Below are positions 10,096-20,057 of a DNA stretch of 64,000 nt, piece after piece (within the stretch, counting starts at the first letter, position 1; each line of letters begins with the position of its first letter). The stretch covers positions 7,343 to 71,342 of the forward strand of contig JBJEAS010000091.1 in the NCBI GenBank assembly GCA_051869235.1, written 5' to 3'. A program made the position numbers and the translations under genes. The DNA comes from Prevotella sp. (GTDB lineage Bacteria > Bacteroidota > Bacteroidia > Bacteroidales > Bacteroidaceae). The notes under the pieces are model-generated. The model had not been told where the DNA came from. It saw only the letters and a list, made by a program, of their open reading frames with translations, and made no database searches.

Positions 10096-10635
10096 ATGGA
10101 CTTTGAAAGCAAAATCATAAGCAGAGAAGTGAGCCAACTGCTCTGGGAAAGGGAAAAGACCGTGGGAACAGCCGAGAGCTGCACGGGAGGAAGAATAGCC
10201 GAGGCACTGATAGCTATACCGGGTGCCTCGAAATACTTCAAGGGAGGCATCGTGTCATATACCGACGAAGTAAAGGAAAACCTGCTGGGTGTCGACCACC
10301 TTTTATTAGAGGAAAAGACAGCCGTGTGCGAAGAAGTTGCAATAGCCATGGTAAAGGGAGCCTGCAAGACACTGAACACCCACTACGCCATTGCAGCAAC
10401 AGGCATTGCAGGTCCTGGTGGCGGAACCAAGGACATTCCCGTAGGCACCATTTGGCTTGCCTGCGGCACTCCCGACAAGGTATGCACCATGAAGGTTAGT
10501 GAAGATTTCGGACGCGACATCAACCTTGCCATTGCGACCAATAAAGCGATGCAGATGTTCTGCCAATTCCTTAACGAAGAAGAGGCGAAGAAAACGGAAA
10601 ACGAGCCGGAAACAAGCATTTTTGGCAAAATTTGA
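10096..10635 (+). CDS. CinA C-terminal domain / NMN deamidase PncC-like protein
   Basis: TAESCTGG, GASKYFKGG.VSY, TGIAGPGGG motifs. Confidence 0.9.
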   Translation: MDFESKIISREVSQLLWEREKTVGTAESCTGGRIAEALIAIPGASKYFKGGIVSYTDEVKENLLGVDHLLLEEKTAVCEEVAIAMVKGACKTLNTHYAIAATGIAGPGGGTKDIPVGTIWLACGTPDKVCTMKVSEDFGRDINLAIATNKAMQMFCQFLNEEEAKKTENEPETSIFGKI

Positions 10636-10769
10636 AGCCTGAAAATCAAAATAAACCTTAAAAAGTTGATTTTTAGTTGCTAATATTTGGAAATTACAGA
10701 AAAAGTCGCTAAATTTGCACCCTGTTTGGAATAAGTTACAAAAAAGAGAAACAAAAAACTTAGATAGAA

Positions 10770-11033
10770 ATGTCGAAGATTTGTCAAATTACGGGAAAGA
10801 AGGCACAGATAGGTTGTAATGTGTCTCACTCAAAGCACCGCACAAAGCGCAGCTTTGATGTCAACCTCTTCAGCAAGAAATTCTACTATGTAGAAGAGGG
10901 TTGCTGGATTAGCTTGAAGATCAGTGCCGCTGGTCTGCGTATGATTAACAAAGTAGGTCTTGACGCTGCTCTGAAGCAGGCTGTAGCCAAAGGTTACGTT
11001 GACTGGAAGGACATTAAAGTGATAGGAGAGTAA
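10770..11033 (+). CDS. rpmB: 50S ribosomal protein L28
   Basis: [10 protein letters not shown]...[15 protein letters not shown]. Confidence 0.96.
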   Translation: MSKICQITGKKAQIGCNVSHSKHRTKRSFDVNLFSKKFYYVEEGCWISLKISAAGLRMINKVGLDAALKQAVAKGYVDWKDIKVIGE

Positions 11034-11037
11034 AACG

Positions 11038-11226
11038 ATGGCAAAGAAAGCAAAAGGCAATAGAGTACAGGTAATTCTGGAGTGCACTGAGATGAAGAAC
11101 AGCGGCATGCCAGGCACAAGCCGTTACATTACGACCAAGAATCGTAAGAACACTCCTGAGAGAATGGAACTGATGAAGTACAACCCCATCTTGAAGAAGA
11201 TGACACTTCACAAGGAAATAAAATAA
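11038..11226 (+). CDS. rpmG: 50S ribosomal protein L33
   Basis: [10 protein letters not shown]...[21 protein letters not shown]...HKE. Confidence 0.96.
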   Translation: MAKKAKGNRVQVILECTEMKNSGMPGTSRYITTKNRKNTPERMELMKYNPILKKMTLHKEIK

Positions 11227-11250
11227 TAACAATTTTAAGCACTAAGACAC

Positions 11251-11409
11251 ATGGCAAAGAAAGTCGTCGCTACCCTCCAAGAAGGCAAGAAGGATGGTCG
11301 CGCTTACTCAAAAGTCATCAAGATGGTGAAGAGCCCCAAGACTGGTGCTTACATCTTTGATGAGCGTATGGTTCCTAACGAGGCTGTCAAGGACTTCTTC
11401 AAGAACTAA
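11251..11409 (+). CDS. DUF4295 family small protein (52 aa; below ORF-track cutoff)
   Basis: MAKKVVATLQEGKKDGRAYSKVIKMVKSPKTGAYIFDERMVPNEAVKDFFKN; conserved rpmG-DUF4295-ftsY synteny in Bacteroidota. Confidence 0.88.
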   Translation: MAKKVVATLQEGKKDGRAYSKVIKMVKSPKTGAYIFDERMVPNEAVKDFFKN

Positions 11410-11431
11410 TATTCGCACAACAATAAGACAG

Positions 11432-11465
11432 AGGCTACAATCATGTAAAATTGGTTGTAGCCTTT
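11432..11465 (+). terminator. Intrinsic terminator after rpmB-rpmG-DUF4295
   Basis: AGGCTACAATCA...TGGTTGTAGCCTTT hairpin then U-rich tail. Confidence 0.7.
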
Positions 11466-11576
11466 AGTGTTTTTATGATACAAAGAGAAAAATGACTCTG
11501 AAACATCACTTTTTGCACAAAAAAGCTCTGAAATTGAAAAAAAAATTGTAAGTTTGCACACAAATTTATAATAGTA

Positions 11577-12533
11577 ATGGGAATATTCGGATTTTTCAAC
11601 AAGAACAAGAAAGAAACCCTCGATAAGGGACTGGAGAAAACAAAGACAAGCGTCTTTGACAAACTGGCGCGTGCCGTGGCAGGAAAGTCAAAGGTGGACG
11701 ACGAGGTGCTTGACAATCTCGAGGAGGTGCTCATAACAAGCGACGTGGGTGTCGACACCACTCTGAAAATCATAGAAAGGATAGAGGAACGTGTGGCTCG
11801 CGACAAGTATGTTGGCACGTCGGAACTCAACTCCATACTACGTCAAGAAATTGCCGCACTGTTGGCAGAAAACAACACAGAGGACAACGAAAACTGGGAT
11901 TTGCCTTCCGACCACAAGCCATACGTTATTCTTGTTGTAGGAGTGAATGGAGTCGGCAAAACCACTACTATAGGCAAACTTGCATACCAATTCAAGAATG
12001 CCGGAAAGAAAGTATTCCTCGGAGCTGCCGACACCTTCCGAGCAGCTGCCGTCGACCAACTATGCATCTGGGGAGAGCGAGTAGGAGTGACGGTGATAAA
12101 ACAGCAAATGGGAAGCGACCCCGCTTCTGTGGCATACGACTCTCTGAGCAGTGCAAAGGCAAACAACGCCGACGTGGTCATTATCGACACCGCAGGACGA
12201 CTGCACAACAAGGTGGGATTGATGAACGAGCTGAAGAAAATTAAGGACGTAATGAAAAAAATACTGCCAGAAGCTCCTGACGAGGTTTTGCTGGTGCTCG
12301 ACGGCAGTACAGGACAGAACGCATTTGAACAAGCAAAACAGTTTGCTGCCGTAACGCAAATCTCGTCGCTCGCCATAACGAAACTCGACGGAACAGCGAA
12401 GGGCGGCGTGGTGATAGGCATCAGCGACCAACTTAAAGTGCCGGTGAAATACATTGGACTCGGCGAGAAAATGGAAGACCTGCAACTCTTCAATAAGGCT
12501 CAGTTCGTTGATTCTCTTTTCAAGCAAGCATAA
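11577..12533 (+). CDS. ftsY: SRP receptor FtsY
   Basis: GVNGVGKTTT, DTFRAAA, DTAGR, TKLDGTAKGG motifs. Confidence 0.97.
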   Translation: MGIFGFFNKNKKETLDKGLEKTKTSVFDKLARAVAGKSKVDDEVLDNLEEVLITSDVGVDTTLKIIERIEERVARDKYVGTSELNSILRQEIAALLAENNTEDNENWDLPSDHKPYVILVVGVNGVGKTTTIGKLAYQFKNAGKKVFLGAADTFRAAAVDQLCIWGERVGVTVIKQQMGSDPASVAYDSLSSAKANNADVVIIDTAGRLHNKVGLMNELKKIKDVMKKILPEAPDEVLLVLDGSTGQNAFEQAKQFAAVTQISSLAITKLDGTAKGGVVIGISDQLKVPVKYIGLGEKMEDLQLFNKAQFVDSLFKQA

Positions 12534-13841
12534 ATGAAGAAGAACACTATCGACATTATAACAATGGGATGTTCGAAAAACCTCGTCGACAGCGAAACCC
12601 TGATGGGACTGTTCGAGGCCAACGGATACCATTGCGTACACGACAGCAAGAACCCACAAGGTGAAATTGCAGTCGTGAACACTTGCGGATTCATTCAAGA
12701 CGCAAAGGAGGAGAGCATAAACACCATACTCGAACTGGCACAGGCAAAAGAGGAAGGGCGCCTGAAACGACTCTATGTCATGGGATGCCTCTCTCAAAGA
12801 TACCAAAAGGAGCTGGAGCAAGAAATACCGCAAGTGGACAAATTCTACGGGAAATTCAACTACAAGCAGTTGCTTGCCGACCTTGGCAATGGCGAAATGC
12901 TTTCGTGCGACGGACCTCGAAGAATAACCACACCACACCATTATGCCTACATTAAAATCAGTGAAGGCTGCGACCGAAACTGCGCCTATTGTGCCATCCC
13001 TATCATAACGGGCAAGCACGTAAGCCGCCCCATAGGCGAAATACTTGACGAGGTGAGACAGCTTGTAGCAAACGGTACACGCGAATTTCAAATCATAGCA
13101 CAAGAACTCACATACTACGGGATAGACATCGACGGAAGACAACACATTGCAGAACTCATAGAAAAGATGGCAGACATAAAGGGCGTGCGTTGGATAAGGC
13201 TACACTATGCCTATCCCACTCATTTCCCTTGGGACTTGCTAAGAGTGATGCGTGAGAAGCCAAACGTATGCAAATATCTCGACATTGCGCTGCAGCACAT
13301 CTCCAACCATATGCTCGACAGGATGCACCGTCACGTGAGCAAAGACGAGACATACGATTTGATAGAAAGAATCAGACGTGAAGTGCCTGGCATACACCTT
13401 CGCACGACACTAATGGTAGGATTCCCAGGCGAGACGGACGAAGACTTTCAGGAATTGCTGGAGTTCACACGAAAAGCACGATTCGAACGCATGGGAGCCT
13501 TCGCATACTCGGAGGAAGAGGGCACATACTCTGCCGAACACTACGAGGACGATGTACCCGAAGAGGTGAAGCAAGCCCGATTAGACAAACTGATGGCACT
13601 GCAGCAAAGGATAAGCAGCGAATTGGAGGCAGAAAAGGTGGGCAAGGTAATGAAAGTGGTAATCGACCGAAAGGAAGGCGACTATTATGTTGGACGCACA
13701 GAGTATTGCTCACCGGAGGTGGACCCCGAGGTTCTGATTCGTGCTGACAACCGCAGACTGAGAGTAGGACAAATGTACGATGTGCAAATTACCGATTCTG
13801 AAGAATTTGACCTTTATGGCATTATTGTTGATAAAAAATAA
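12534..13841 (+). CDS. rimO: Ribosomal protein S12 methylthiotransferase RimO
   Basis: GCSKNLVDSE, NTCGFI, radical-SAM CDRNCAYC, C-terminal TRAM PEVD. Confidence 0.95.
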   Translation: MKKNTIDIITMGCSKNLVDSETLMGLFEANGYHCVHDSKNPQGEIAVVNTCGFIQDAKEESINTILELAQAKEEGRLKRLYVMGCLSQRYQKELEQEIPQVDKFYGKFNYKQLLADLGNGEMLSCDGPRRITTPHHYAYIKISEGCDRNCAYCAIPIITGKHVSRPIGEILDEVRQLVANGTREFQIIAQELTYYGIDIDGRQHIAELIEKMADIKGVRWIRLHYAYPTHFPWDLLRVMREKPNVCKYLDIALQHISNHMLDRMHRHVSKDETYDLIERIRREVPGIHLRTTLMVGFPGETDEDFQELLEFTRKARFERMGAFAYSEEEGTYSAEHYEDDVPEEVKQARLDKLMALQQRISSELEAEKVGKVMKVVIDRKEGDYYVGRTEYCSPEVDPEVLIRADNRRLRVGQMYDVQITDSEEFDLYGIIVDKK

Positions 13842-13855
13842 CAGGTAGGACTACA

Positions 13856-14143
13856 ATGAACAACAAGGAATTCATTCAGCAACTATCGCAGCGAACAGGT
13901 TATTCCACTGCTGACACTCAACGCATGGTGACTAACGTCATCGACCAAATGAGCGATGGCTTTCAGGAAGGCAACTGCGTAGCAATAGCCGGTTTCGGAA
14001 ACTTTGAAATAAAAAAGAAACTGGAGCGAATAATTGTCAATCCAAGTACGATGCAGAGAATGCTCGTACCACCAAAACTTGTACTAAACTTCAAGCCGGC
14101 ATCAACATGGAAAGCAAAGGTAAAGAAAGGAGGAGAGAAATGA
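13856..14143 (+). CDS. HU/IHF family DNA-binding protein
   Basis: MNNKEFI..LS, GFGNF, R...NP.T...M.VP.K....FKP. Confidence 0.9.
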   Translation: MNNKEFIQQLSQRTGYSTADTQRMVTNVIDQMSDGFQEGNCVAIAGFGNFEIKKKLERIIVNPSTMQRMLVPPKLVLNFKPASTWKAKVKKGGEK

Positions 14144-15402
14144 TGGATAAATTCACCATAACAGAGCTCGCTGATGTTCTAATACGCAAGAATGGACTGT
14201 CGGAAAATGAAGCCCAAGCCTTTGTTGCTGCCATTTTCGACATAATCAAGGAAGGTCTTGATACGGACAAGACAGTGAAGGTGAAGGGGTTCGGTACATT
14301 CAAAATCATTGAAGTCGACCCAAGGGAGAGCGTAAACGTAAACACAGGTGAACGAGTGCTAATTGACGGTCATCAAAAAATTACCTTTACGCCTGACAGC
14401 GTAATGAAGGAACTCGTCAATCGCCCGTTCTCACAATTTGAAACTGTAATCCTAAACGAAGGAGTAGACTTCTCCGAAGTGGATCAATCTTCACCGACTC
14501 AATCCACAGAAGATGATGATGCAAATGCAGAACTGGAAGAATACACGTCTGCAACAAAAACTCAAAAAGAAAAGGATGAGGAAGAAATTAGAAATGAAGG
14601 AACAAAGGTCGTTGAAGAAGAAAAGGTCGTTGAAGAAGAAAAGGATGTAGAAATAGGAAAGGGCGTAGTGAAAGAGAAAGTCCCTGAAGAAGAGAAAGTC
14701 CCTGAAGAAGAGAAAGTCCCTGAAGAAGAGAAGGTTCCTGAAGTAGACAAGGACGTAGTGGAAGAGACGGTTGCTGAAGAAAAGAAGGTCGCAGAAGAAA
14801 AGGTGGAAGACGTTTTACAAGAAGAGGCTGAAGAAGAATGTAAAGAAGAAGAAACAAATAATAAAAGGCTTTACATCTTTAGTCTCGTCATTGGATTAAT
14901 ACTAATCGTTGGAGTTGGATACGGAAGCTACAAATTTGGTTATGAGGAAGGTCGACACCAATATGTGCTTGAGCAGATTGCCGAACAGTCGGACATGCTC
15001 GACAAACAGAAGGAGCAGATAGTGGCTCAAAACCAAAAGAACAAGGCAGACACAACAGTAAAAAGTACTGTCAAGGAAACTGCAGCAGTGACAGAGAAGG
15101 CAAAATCTGATGAGACTGCGAAACCACAAGAAGCAAAGAAGGAGGAAGCAAGCTTAACAGACTTCTCCACTTATGCTATGCGCGACGTGAGAGTGCGCAC
15201 AGGGGCATATACTATAGTAGGTATAGACAAGGTAGTGGCCGCTCGTGAAGGGCAAACAGTAGGCAAGATAGCACAGTCACATCTCGGTCCTGGAATGTCT
15301 TGCTACGTTGAGGTTGTCAATGGAATGAACGAAAATGAACCCCTTAAAGAAGGGACGAAGGTCAAAATACCAAAACTAAGGCATAAAAAAGCTAAGAAAT
15401 AG
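14140..15402 (+). CDS. HU-domain membrane protein with acidic repeats and C-terminal LysM-like domain
   Basis: N-terminal KGFGTFK...R.SVNVNTGE...FTPD; EEEKVP repeats; TM helix LYIFSLVIGLILIVGVGYG; start likely ATG 14140 overlapping the HU stop. Confidence 0.85.
   Translation: MMDKFTITELADVLIRKNGLSENEAQAFVAAIFDIIKEGLDTDKTVKVKGFGTFKIIEVDPRESVNVNTGERVLIDGHQKITFTPDSVMKELVNRPFSQFETVILNEGVDFSEVDQSSPTQSTEDDDANAELEEYTSATKTQKEKDEEEIRNEGTKVVEEEKVVEEEKDVEIGKGVVKEKVPEEEKVPEEEKVPEEEKVPEVDKDVVEETVAEEKKVAEEKVEDVLQEEAEEECKEEETNNKRLYIFSLVIGLILIVGVGYGSYKFGYEEGRHQYVLEQIAEQSDMLDKQKEQIVAQNQKNKADTTVKSTVKETAAVTEKAKSDETAKPQEAKKEEASLTDFSTYAMRDVRVRTGAYTIVGIDKVVAAREGQTVGKIAQSHLGPGMSCYVEVVNGMNENEPLKEGTKVKIPKLRHKKAKK
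14605..14745 (+). repeat. Coding 18-bp tandem repeats (EEEKVV/EEEKVP)
   Basis: gaagaagagaaagtccct units repeated. Confidence 0.85.
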
Positions 15403-15487
15403 GAAGAAAATACCAAGAAATGAGTATTGTCGCATTACCGGTTTTTTAGTAAATTTGCAGCCAAAATAATAAAAATGGGGTAAGACA

Positions 15488-16447
15488 ATGAAGAATCATA
15501 AGGTATATGAGTCTAACGACCAAATGATATCGCTCATACGCGACAACTACAACGTGTTGCAGTCTCTTGGCTGCTTTGGTATAGCACTTGGATTTGGAGA
15601 CAAGACTGTCAACGAGACATGCAAGAACAATGGTGTCGACACCTACACATTCCTTGCTGTAGTGAACTACACCATAAACGGCTATTATAATGCCGACGAG
15701 GCAGAGCGACTATCAATCCCCACCCTACTTCACTATCTCGAAGCGAGCCATGTCTATTATCTCGACTATCAGCTACCTTCCATTCGACGTGCACTGAAAG
15801 AGTCGATAAACGAAGCGGATAGCCTCGGTACTCTGATAATGAAATTCTACGACGAATACGCACGGGAAATCAGAAAACACATGAAATACGAAGAAAAGGT
15901 TCTTTTCCCATACGTCAAACAACTGCTTGAAGGCTGTGCGCCATACGACTATGACATTGAGACATTCTCGAAACACCATGGACAAACAGACCAAAAACTG
16001 CGAGAGCTGAAGAACATAATTCTCAAGTATCTACCGGGCGACGTGCAGCGCAACAACAAACTCACAGCCACACTCTATGGCATTTACAACAACGAGGAAT
16101 GGCTGAAACTTCACTCGCAAGTGGAGGATGACATTTTCGTACCTGCCATACGTAATCTTGAGCAACGGCAAAAGAAGGACAACGTCACAAAGAACATCAC
16201 CAACATGGTATTCAAGGGAAAGACCGACAACGGCGAAGCTCTTTCTGACCGCGAGAAGGATGTCGTTATAAGTCTCGTTCAGGGAATGTCGAACAAAGAG
16301 ATTGCCGAGCATCTTTTCATTTCTGTAAACACTGTGATTACACACCGACGAAACATTGCCCGTAAGCTTCAAATCCACAGTTCTGCAGGTCTTACCATCT
16401 ATGCCATAGTAAATGGCTTGGTTGACATTTCATCGGTAAACCTATAA
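15488..16447 (+). CDS. Hemerythrin-like (RIC-type) domain fused to LuxR HTH regulator
   Basis: GFGDKTV..TC, YLEASH.YY, KHMKYEE..LFP, LHSQVEDDIFVP His/Glu motifs; C-terminal LSDREKDV...GMSNKEIA..L.IS.NTV.THR. Confidence 0.85.
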   Translation: MKNHKVYESNDQMISLIRDNYNVLQSLGCFGIALGFGDKTVNETCKNNGVDTYTFLAVVNYTINGYYNADEAERLSIPTLLHYLEASHVYYLDYQLPSIRRALKESINEADSLGTLIMKFYDEYAREIRKHMKYEEKVLFPYVKQLLEGCAPYDYDIETFSKHHGQTDQKLRELKNIILKYLPGDVQRNNKLTATLYGIYNNEEWLKLHSQVEDDIFVPAIRNLEQRQKKDNVTKNITNMVFKGKTDNGEALSDREKDVVISLVQGMSNKEIAEHLFISVNTVITHRRNIARKLQIHSSAGLTIYAIVNGLVDISSVNL

Positions 16448-16493
16448 GGAGGTCAGAAGCCTTTTGGGTGAAGCTTCCTTATGGTCAAACAAT

Positions 16494-17867
16494 CTATTTC
16501 CCTATACAAAAATGCGAAAAAATATTTGACAGAACTTCAGTTGACGTTATGATGCCTTTACCTGTTATTTCTGCAATGGCGTCAAGACAGAGACGAAGGT
16601 CTTCACTCAGTAGGTCGCCACTGATGCCAAGGTCGATGCTTTCTATGGTGCGCTCCATACTGACATGAGCTTTTAAGAGGGCTTCGTAATGGCGGGAGGA
16701 AGTTACTATGACATCATTGTCGGTAATTGACGGAATATTGGCAGCATCGTAAATCAAGGAGCGTAGTAGGTCAACATTTTTTCCATTGCGTGCGCTAATG
16801 CCTATGACAGTGGCATCAGCAACGACAGACTTGAGTTGGACAACAAAATCATAACGGTCAATCTTGTTGTTTACCACAATAAGCTGACGATTTTCGCAAC
16901 GGTTCTTCATTTCCACAACCTCCTCTGACGAAGGCAACTCGTCAACCACCCAAAGAACGATGGCAGCTTCCTCTAACTTCCGATAAGTAAGCTCAATGCC
17001 GATGCGCTCTATCTCGTCTGAAGTATCACGTAAGCCTGCTGTATCTATAAATCTGAATGTCACGCCATTAATGTCAACAGCATCTTCAATTACATCTCTT
17101 GTTGTTCCATGCACATCGCTGACTATTGCCCGCTGCTCGCCAAGAAGACTGTTTAACAGTGTGCTCTTGCCGACATTCGTTTTGCCTACTATTGCCACAG
17201 CTATTCCACGTTTCACGGCTTGTCCTGTGGCAAAGGAATTCATCATTTTGAGGATATGGTTGTCGATTCTTGTTGCAAGTTGTCGCAATTCGGAGCGGTC
17301 GGCAAATTCAAGCTCCTCGTGGTCACTAAAGTCGAGTTCGAGTTCAATCATCGAAGTCATCTTTAGGAGTTGGTCGCGAAGTAGGTCGAGCTTGTTGGAG
17401 ATGTTTCCTCGCAGCTGACCCAATGCCATGCGGTGAGTCGACTGATTGGTAGATGCAATTAGGTCGGCAACGGCTTCGGCTTGGCTAAGGTCGAGCTTGC
17501 CGTTGGCAAAGGCTCTTCGAGTGAACTCGCCGGGCAATGCTTGACGACAACCTGCGCTAATGAGCATTCGGCTTACGACACCCAAGATGAAGCGTGAGCC
17601 ATGACAAGAAATCTCAACAGAATCTTCGCCTGTATAAGAATGAGGAGCCCGAAAAACGCTTACTAAGACCTCGTCGATGATGTTGCCTTCATTGTCGACA
17701 ATGTTGCCATAAACGATGGTGTTGGCAGGAGCATCGTCGAGTGGACGGCTAAAAATGCCTTGGACAAATCGAAAGGCATCTTTCCCTGATACCCTAATGA
17801 TGCCTATGGCGCCACCTGTTGCCGTGGCAAGGGCACAGATAGTGTCGTTGTTGCTGATGTCCACCAT
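16494..17867 (-). CDS. mnmE: tRNA modification GTPase MnmE
   Basis: DTICALAT, SYTGED.VEISCHG, GKTNVGKS, GTTRD, DTAG, C-terminal FCIGK. Confidence 0.97.
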   Translation of the reverse strand: MVDISNNDTICALATATGGAIGIIRVSGKDAFRFVQGIFSRPLDDAPANTIVYGNIVDNEGNIIDEVLVSVFRAPHSYTGEDSVEISCHGSRFILGVVSRMLISAGCRQALPGEFTRRAFANGKLDLSQAEAVADLIASTNQSTHRMALGQLRGNISNKLDLLRDQLLKMTSMIELELDFSDHEELEFADRSELRQLATRIDNHILKMMNSFATGQAVKRGIAVAIVGKTNVGKSTLLNSLLGEQRAIVSDVHGTTRDVIEDAVDINGVTFRFIDTAGLRDTSDEIERIGIELTYRKLEEAAIVLWVVDELPSSEEVVEMKNRCENRQLIVVNNKIDRYDFVVQLKSVVADATVIGISARNGKNVDLLRSLIYDAANIPSITDNDVIVTSSRHYEALLKAHVSMERTIESIDLGISGDLLSEDLRLCLDAIAEITGKGIITSTEVLSNIFSHFCIGK

Positions 17868-17869
17868 AA

Positions 17870-18751
17870 TTATATTCGGTCGAGAACCATCGTTATGAGG
17901 TTGTCAATTGTGTTTTTGTATGAGAGGTGTACATTCTGTGCGCGACGATTGGCGAGTACCATGCAGCATGTCAAGGCACGATGTCCCATAAGGCGTGAAA
18001 GACCTGCGAGGGCACTGCTCTCCATTTCAAAATTGGTGATGCGCAAACCATTATGTTCGAAAGTTTCTATCTTCTCGTTCAGATGTGGGTCGGCAAGAGG
18101 CAGACGGAGTTCACGACCCTGAGGTCCATAGAAGCCGCCGCAGGCAATGGTGATGCCTCTGACCATGTCGTCCTTGGCAATTTGGGCAAGCAAGACGGCA
18201 TCAGCGTCGACGACATAAGGTGCGCAGAGTTGTGGATTCCAATCGACATGAGCCTTGAACGCCTCCTCAAGCCTTAGGTCGCAGACCTCGTTGCGGCGAG
18301 CATAGAAATTCAGCAACCCGTCGAATCCGATGCTCTTCTCTGAGGCTATGAGAGTGCCCGAAGGGGTGTTGAGCTGCAAACCTCCACAAGTGCCGATGCG
18401 GACGATGGTGAGCTGTCGGAACTCGTCTTTCTCCTCACGTGTATTGAAGTCGATGTTGGCAAGGGCATCGATTTCGTTCACTACTATGTCGATGTTGTCG
18501 CAACCGATGCCCGTACTCTGCACTGTTAGTCGTTTGCCTTTGTAGGTGCCTGTGATGGTGTGGAACTCACGGTTTGACACTTCGCACTCTACGGAGTCGA
18601 AATGTGAGGCAACAAGTTTCACACGCCCTGGATCGCCAACGAGTATGACTTTGTCGGCAAGTTGTTCGGGCTTCAGATGGAGGTGGAATGCGCTTCCATC
18701 GGCGTTGATAATGAGTTCGCTCTCAGCGAAGAATTTCTTTGTTTTCTGCAT
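17870..18751 (-). CDS. udp: Nucleoside (uridine) phosphorylase
   Basis: VGDPGRV, NREF, STGIG.DN, RIGTCG, GFYGPQGR, NFEMESS motifs. Confidence 0.85.
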   Translation of the reverse strand: MQKTKKFFAESELIINADGSAFHLHLKPEQLADKVILVGDPGRVKLVASHFDSVECEVSNREFHTITGTYKGKRLTVQSTGIGCDNIDIVVNEIDALANIDFNTREEKDEFRQLTIVRIGTCGGLQLNTPSGTLIASEKSIGFDGLLNFYARRNEVCDLRLEEAFKAHVDWNPQLCAPYVVDADAVLLAQIAKDDMVRGITIACGGFYGPQGRELRLPLADPHLNEKIETFEHNGLRITNFEMESSALAGLSRLMGHRALTCCMVLANRRAQNVHLSYKNTIDNLITMVLDRI

Positions 18752-19904
18752 TTCTTATCTCCTTTTCCAATTGATTGATTCTTGCTTCAACTTGTTCTGC
18801 CTTCTGCTCGCTGTCGAGGATTTCAACCCTTAGTGTGGCACGTTCTTCATCGGCAGCCTTGGCAAAGTAGCTACGTGACTTTTCAAGGCTTTCACTGAGT
18901 CGCTGTAGCTCTTTCTTGGCAGAGCAAAGCTCAGTAAAAAGTTCATGGTTTCCCTCTGCCTTAAATTGCAGCGGCGAGGAATAAACGGTATTGTCGTTTA
19001 CGACGAAAGCAATGTCTGACTTGACATCGTCATTCGATGAGCTGTTGCGTGCAGACAAGGCGGCAATGCGCTGAAGGGCATCCTTACGTTCTTTGCCGTT
19101 GCCCCATGTGTCGGCAATCGAGCTGAGGCAAGCAAGGCTCTTCAGTTTGTCAGCATCAACATCTTCTGAATAGACTTCGCGTGTCTCGGTTGGGATGAAG
19201 GTGTAGATACACACCTTGCCTTCGGACTGACGGCGGTCGGTGGCAAACCAACCGATGTTGTCGTATTCGTCGACGATGTAGAAATAGTCGTTCTGTTCGG
19301 AGCAGAAGGGCATACCCACAGATTCGGGTTTGTAGAAGTTGTTGTCCTCGGCATTATAACGTGTTACGTAGAGGTCGTAGCCTCCAATGCCTTCTCCACC
19401 CTTTGCTGCAAAGTAAAGCGTGGTTCCGTCAGCCATGAAGAATGGGAAGTCCATGTCCTGCAAGTCTTCTTCCGAGACAAAGGTCAATGGCTGTGGCGAT
19501 GTCCATTTCCCGTCGAGCTTGTCGCAGTGGTAAAGCCTTGTCTTGCCGTTCGAGTCTGCTGAGGAAAAGATACAACGGTCGCCAAATTCCGTAACGTAAG
19601 CGATGCCCTCTGCCGAGCCTCCTATTACATTCTGCAAAGCTGTTATGCGCCCTGCCTCTTGTGGCAACCTGATGGCAGCAATCATATCCTTCTTGTCCAC
19701 CACGACACTGTCGACCACGACTACCTTCTGCGTGGCAAGTTCCATTTCCTCCATGCGTGCCATGTGTTCCATCTCCTCCTCTGTCATCACCACCTTTTGC
19801 GCCTTCTTCTTGCCCCTTGACTGGGCAGCAGTGTCTGTACCGAAAGCGAAGGCAGCAACTATGGCTAAAGCCCAAACAATATGTTTTCTCTTCATTGGTT
19901 TCAC
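18723..19904 (-). CDS. Exported protein with PD40/TolB-like repeats and C-terminal coiled coil
   Basis: Signal peptide; P.FMADGTTLYFAA.G..G.GGYDLYVT and GWFATDR motifs. Confidence 0.7.
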   Translation of the reverse strand: MKPMKRKHIVWALAIVAAFAFGTDTAAQSRGKKKAQKVVMTEEEMEHMARMEEMELATQKVVVVDSVVVDKKDMIAAIRLPQEAGRITALQNVIGGSAEGIAYVTEFGDRCIFSSADSNGKTRLYHCDKLDGKWTSPQPLTFVSEEDLQDMDFPFFMADGTTLYFAAKGGEGIGGYDLYVTRYNAEDNNFYKPESVGMPFCSEQNDYFYIVDEYDNIGWFATDRRQSEGKVCIYTFIPTETREVYSEDVDADKLKSLACLSSIADTWGNGKERKDALQRIAALSARNSSSNDDVKSDIAFVVNDNTVYSSPLQFKAEGNHELFTELCSAKKELQRLSESLEKSRSYFAKAADEERATLRVEILDSEQKAEQVEARINQLEKEIRNAENKEILR

Positions 19905-20057
19905 TGTGAATTATTCCTATTCTGTTTTTTTTATATTTGCAAAGATAGTTAATATGCGGTGAAATGCCAAAAAAAAGAGCATTTTTTTGTTTTTTTTTTG
20001 GTGATTAGGGATTAATGCGTTAACTTTGCAGCTAAATCTTTAAAACACTTACACCAA

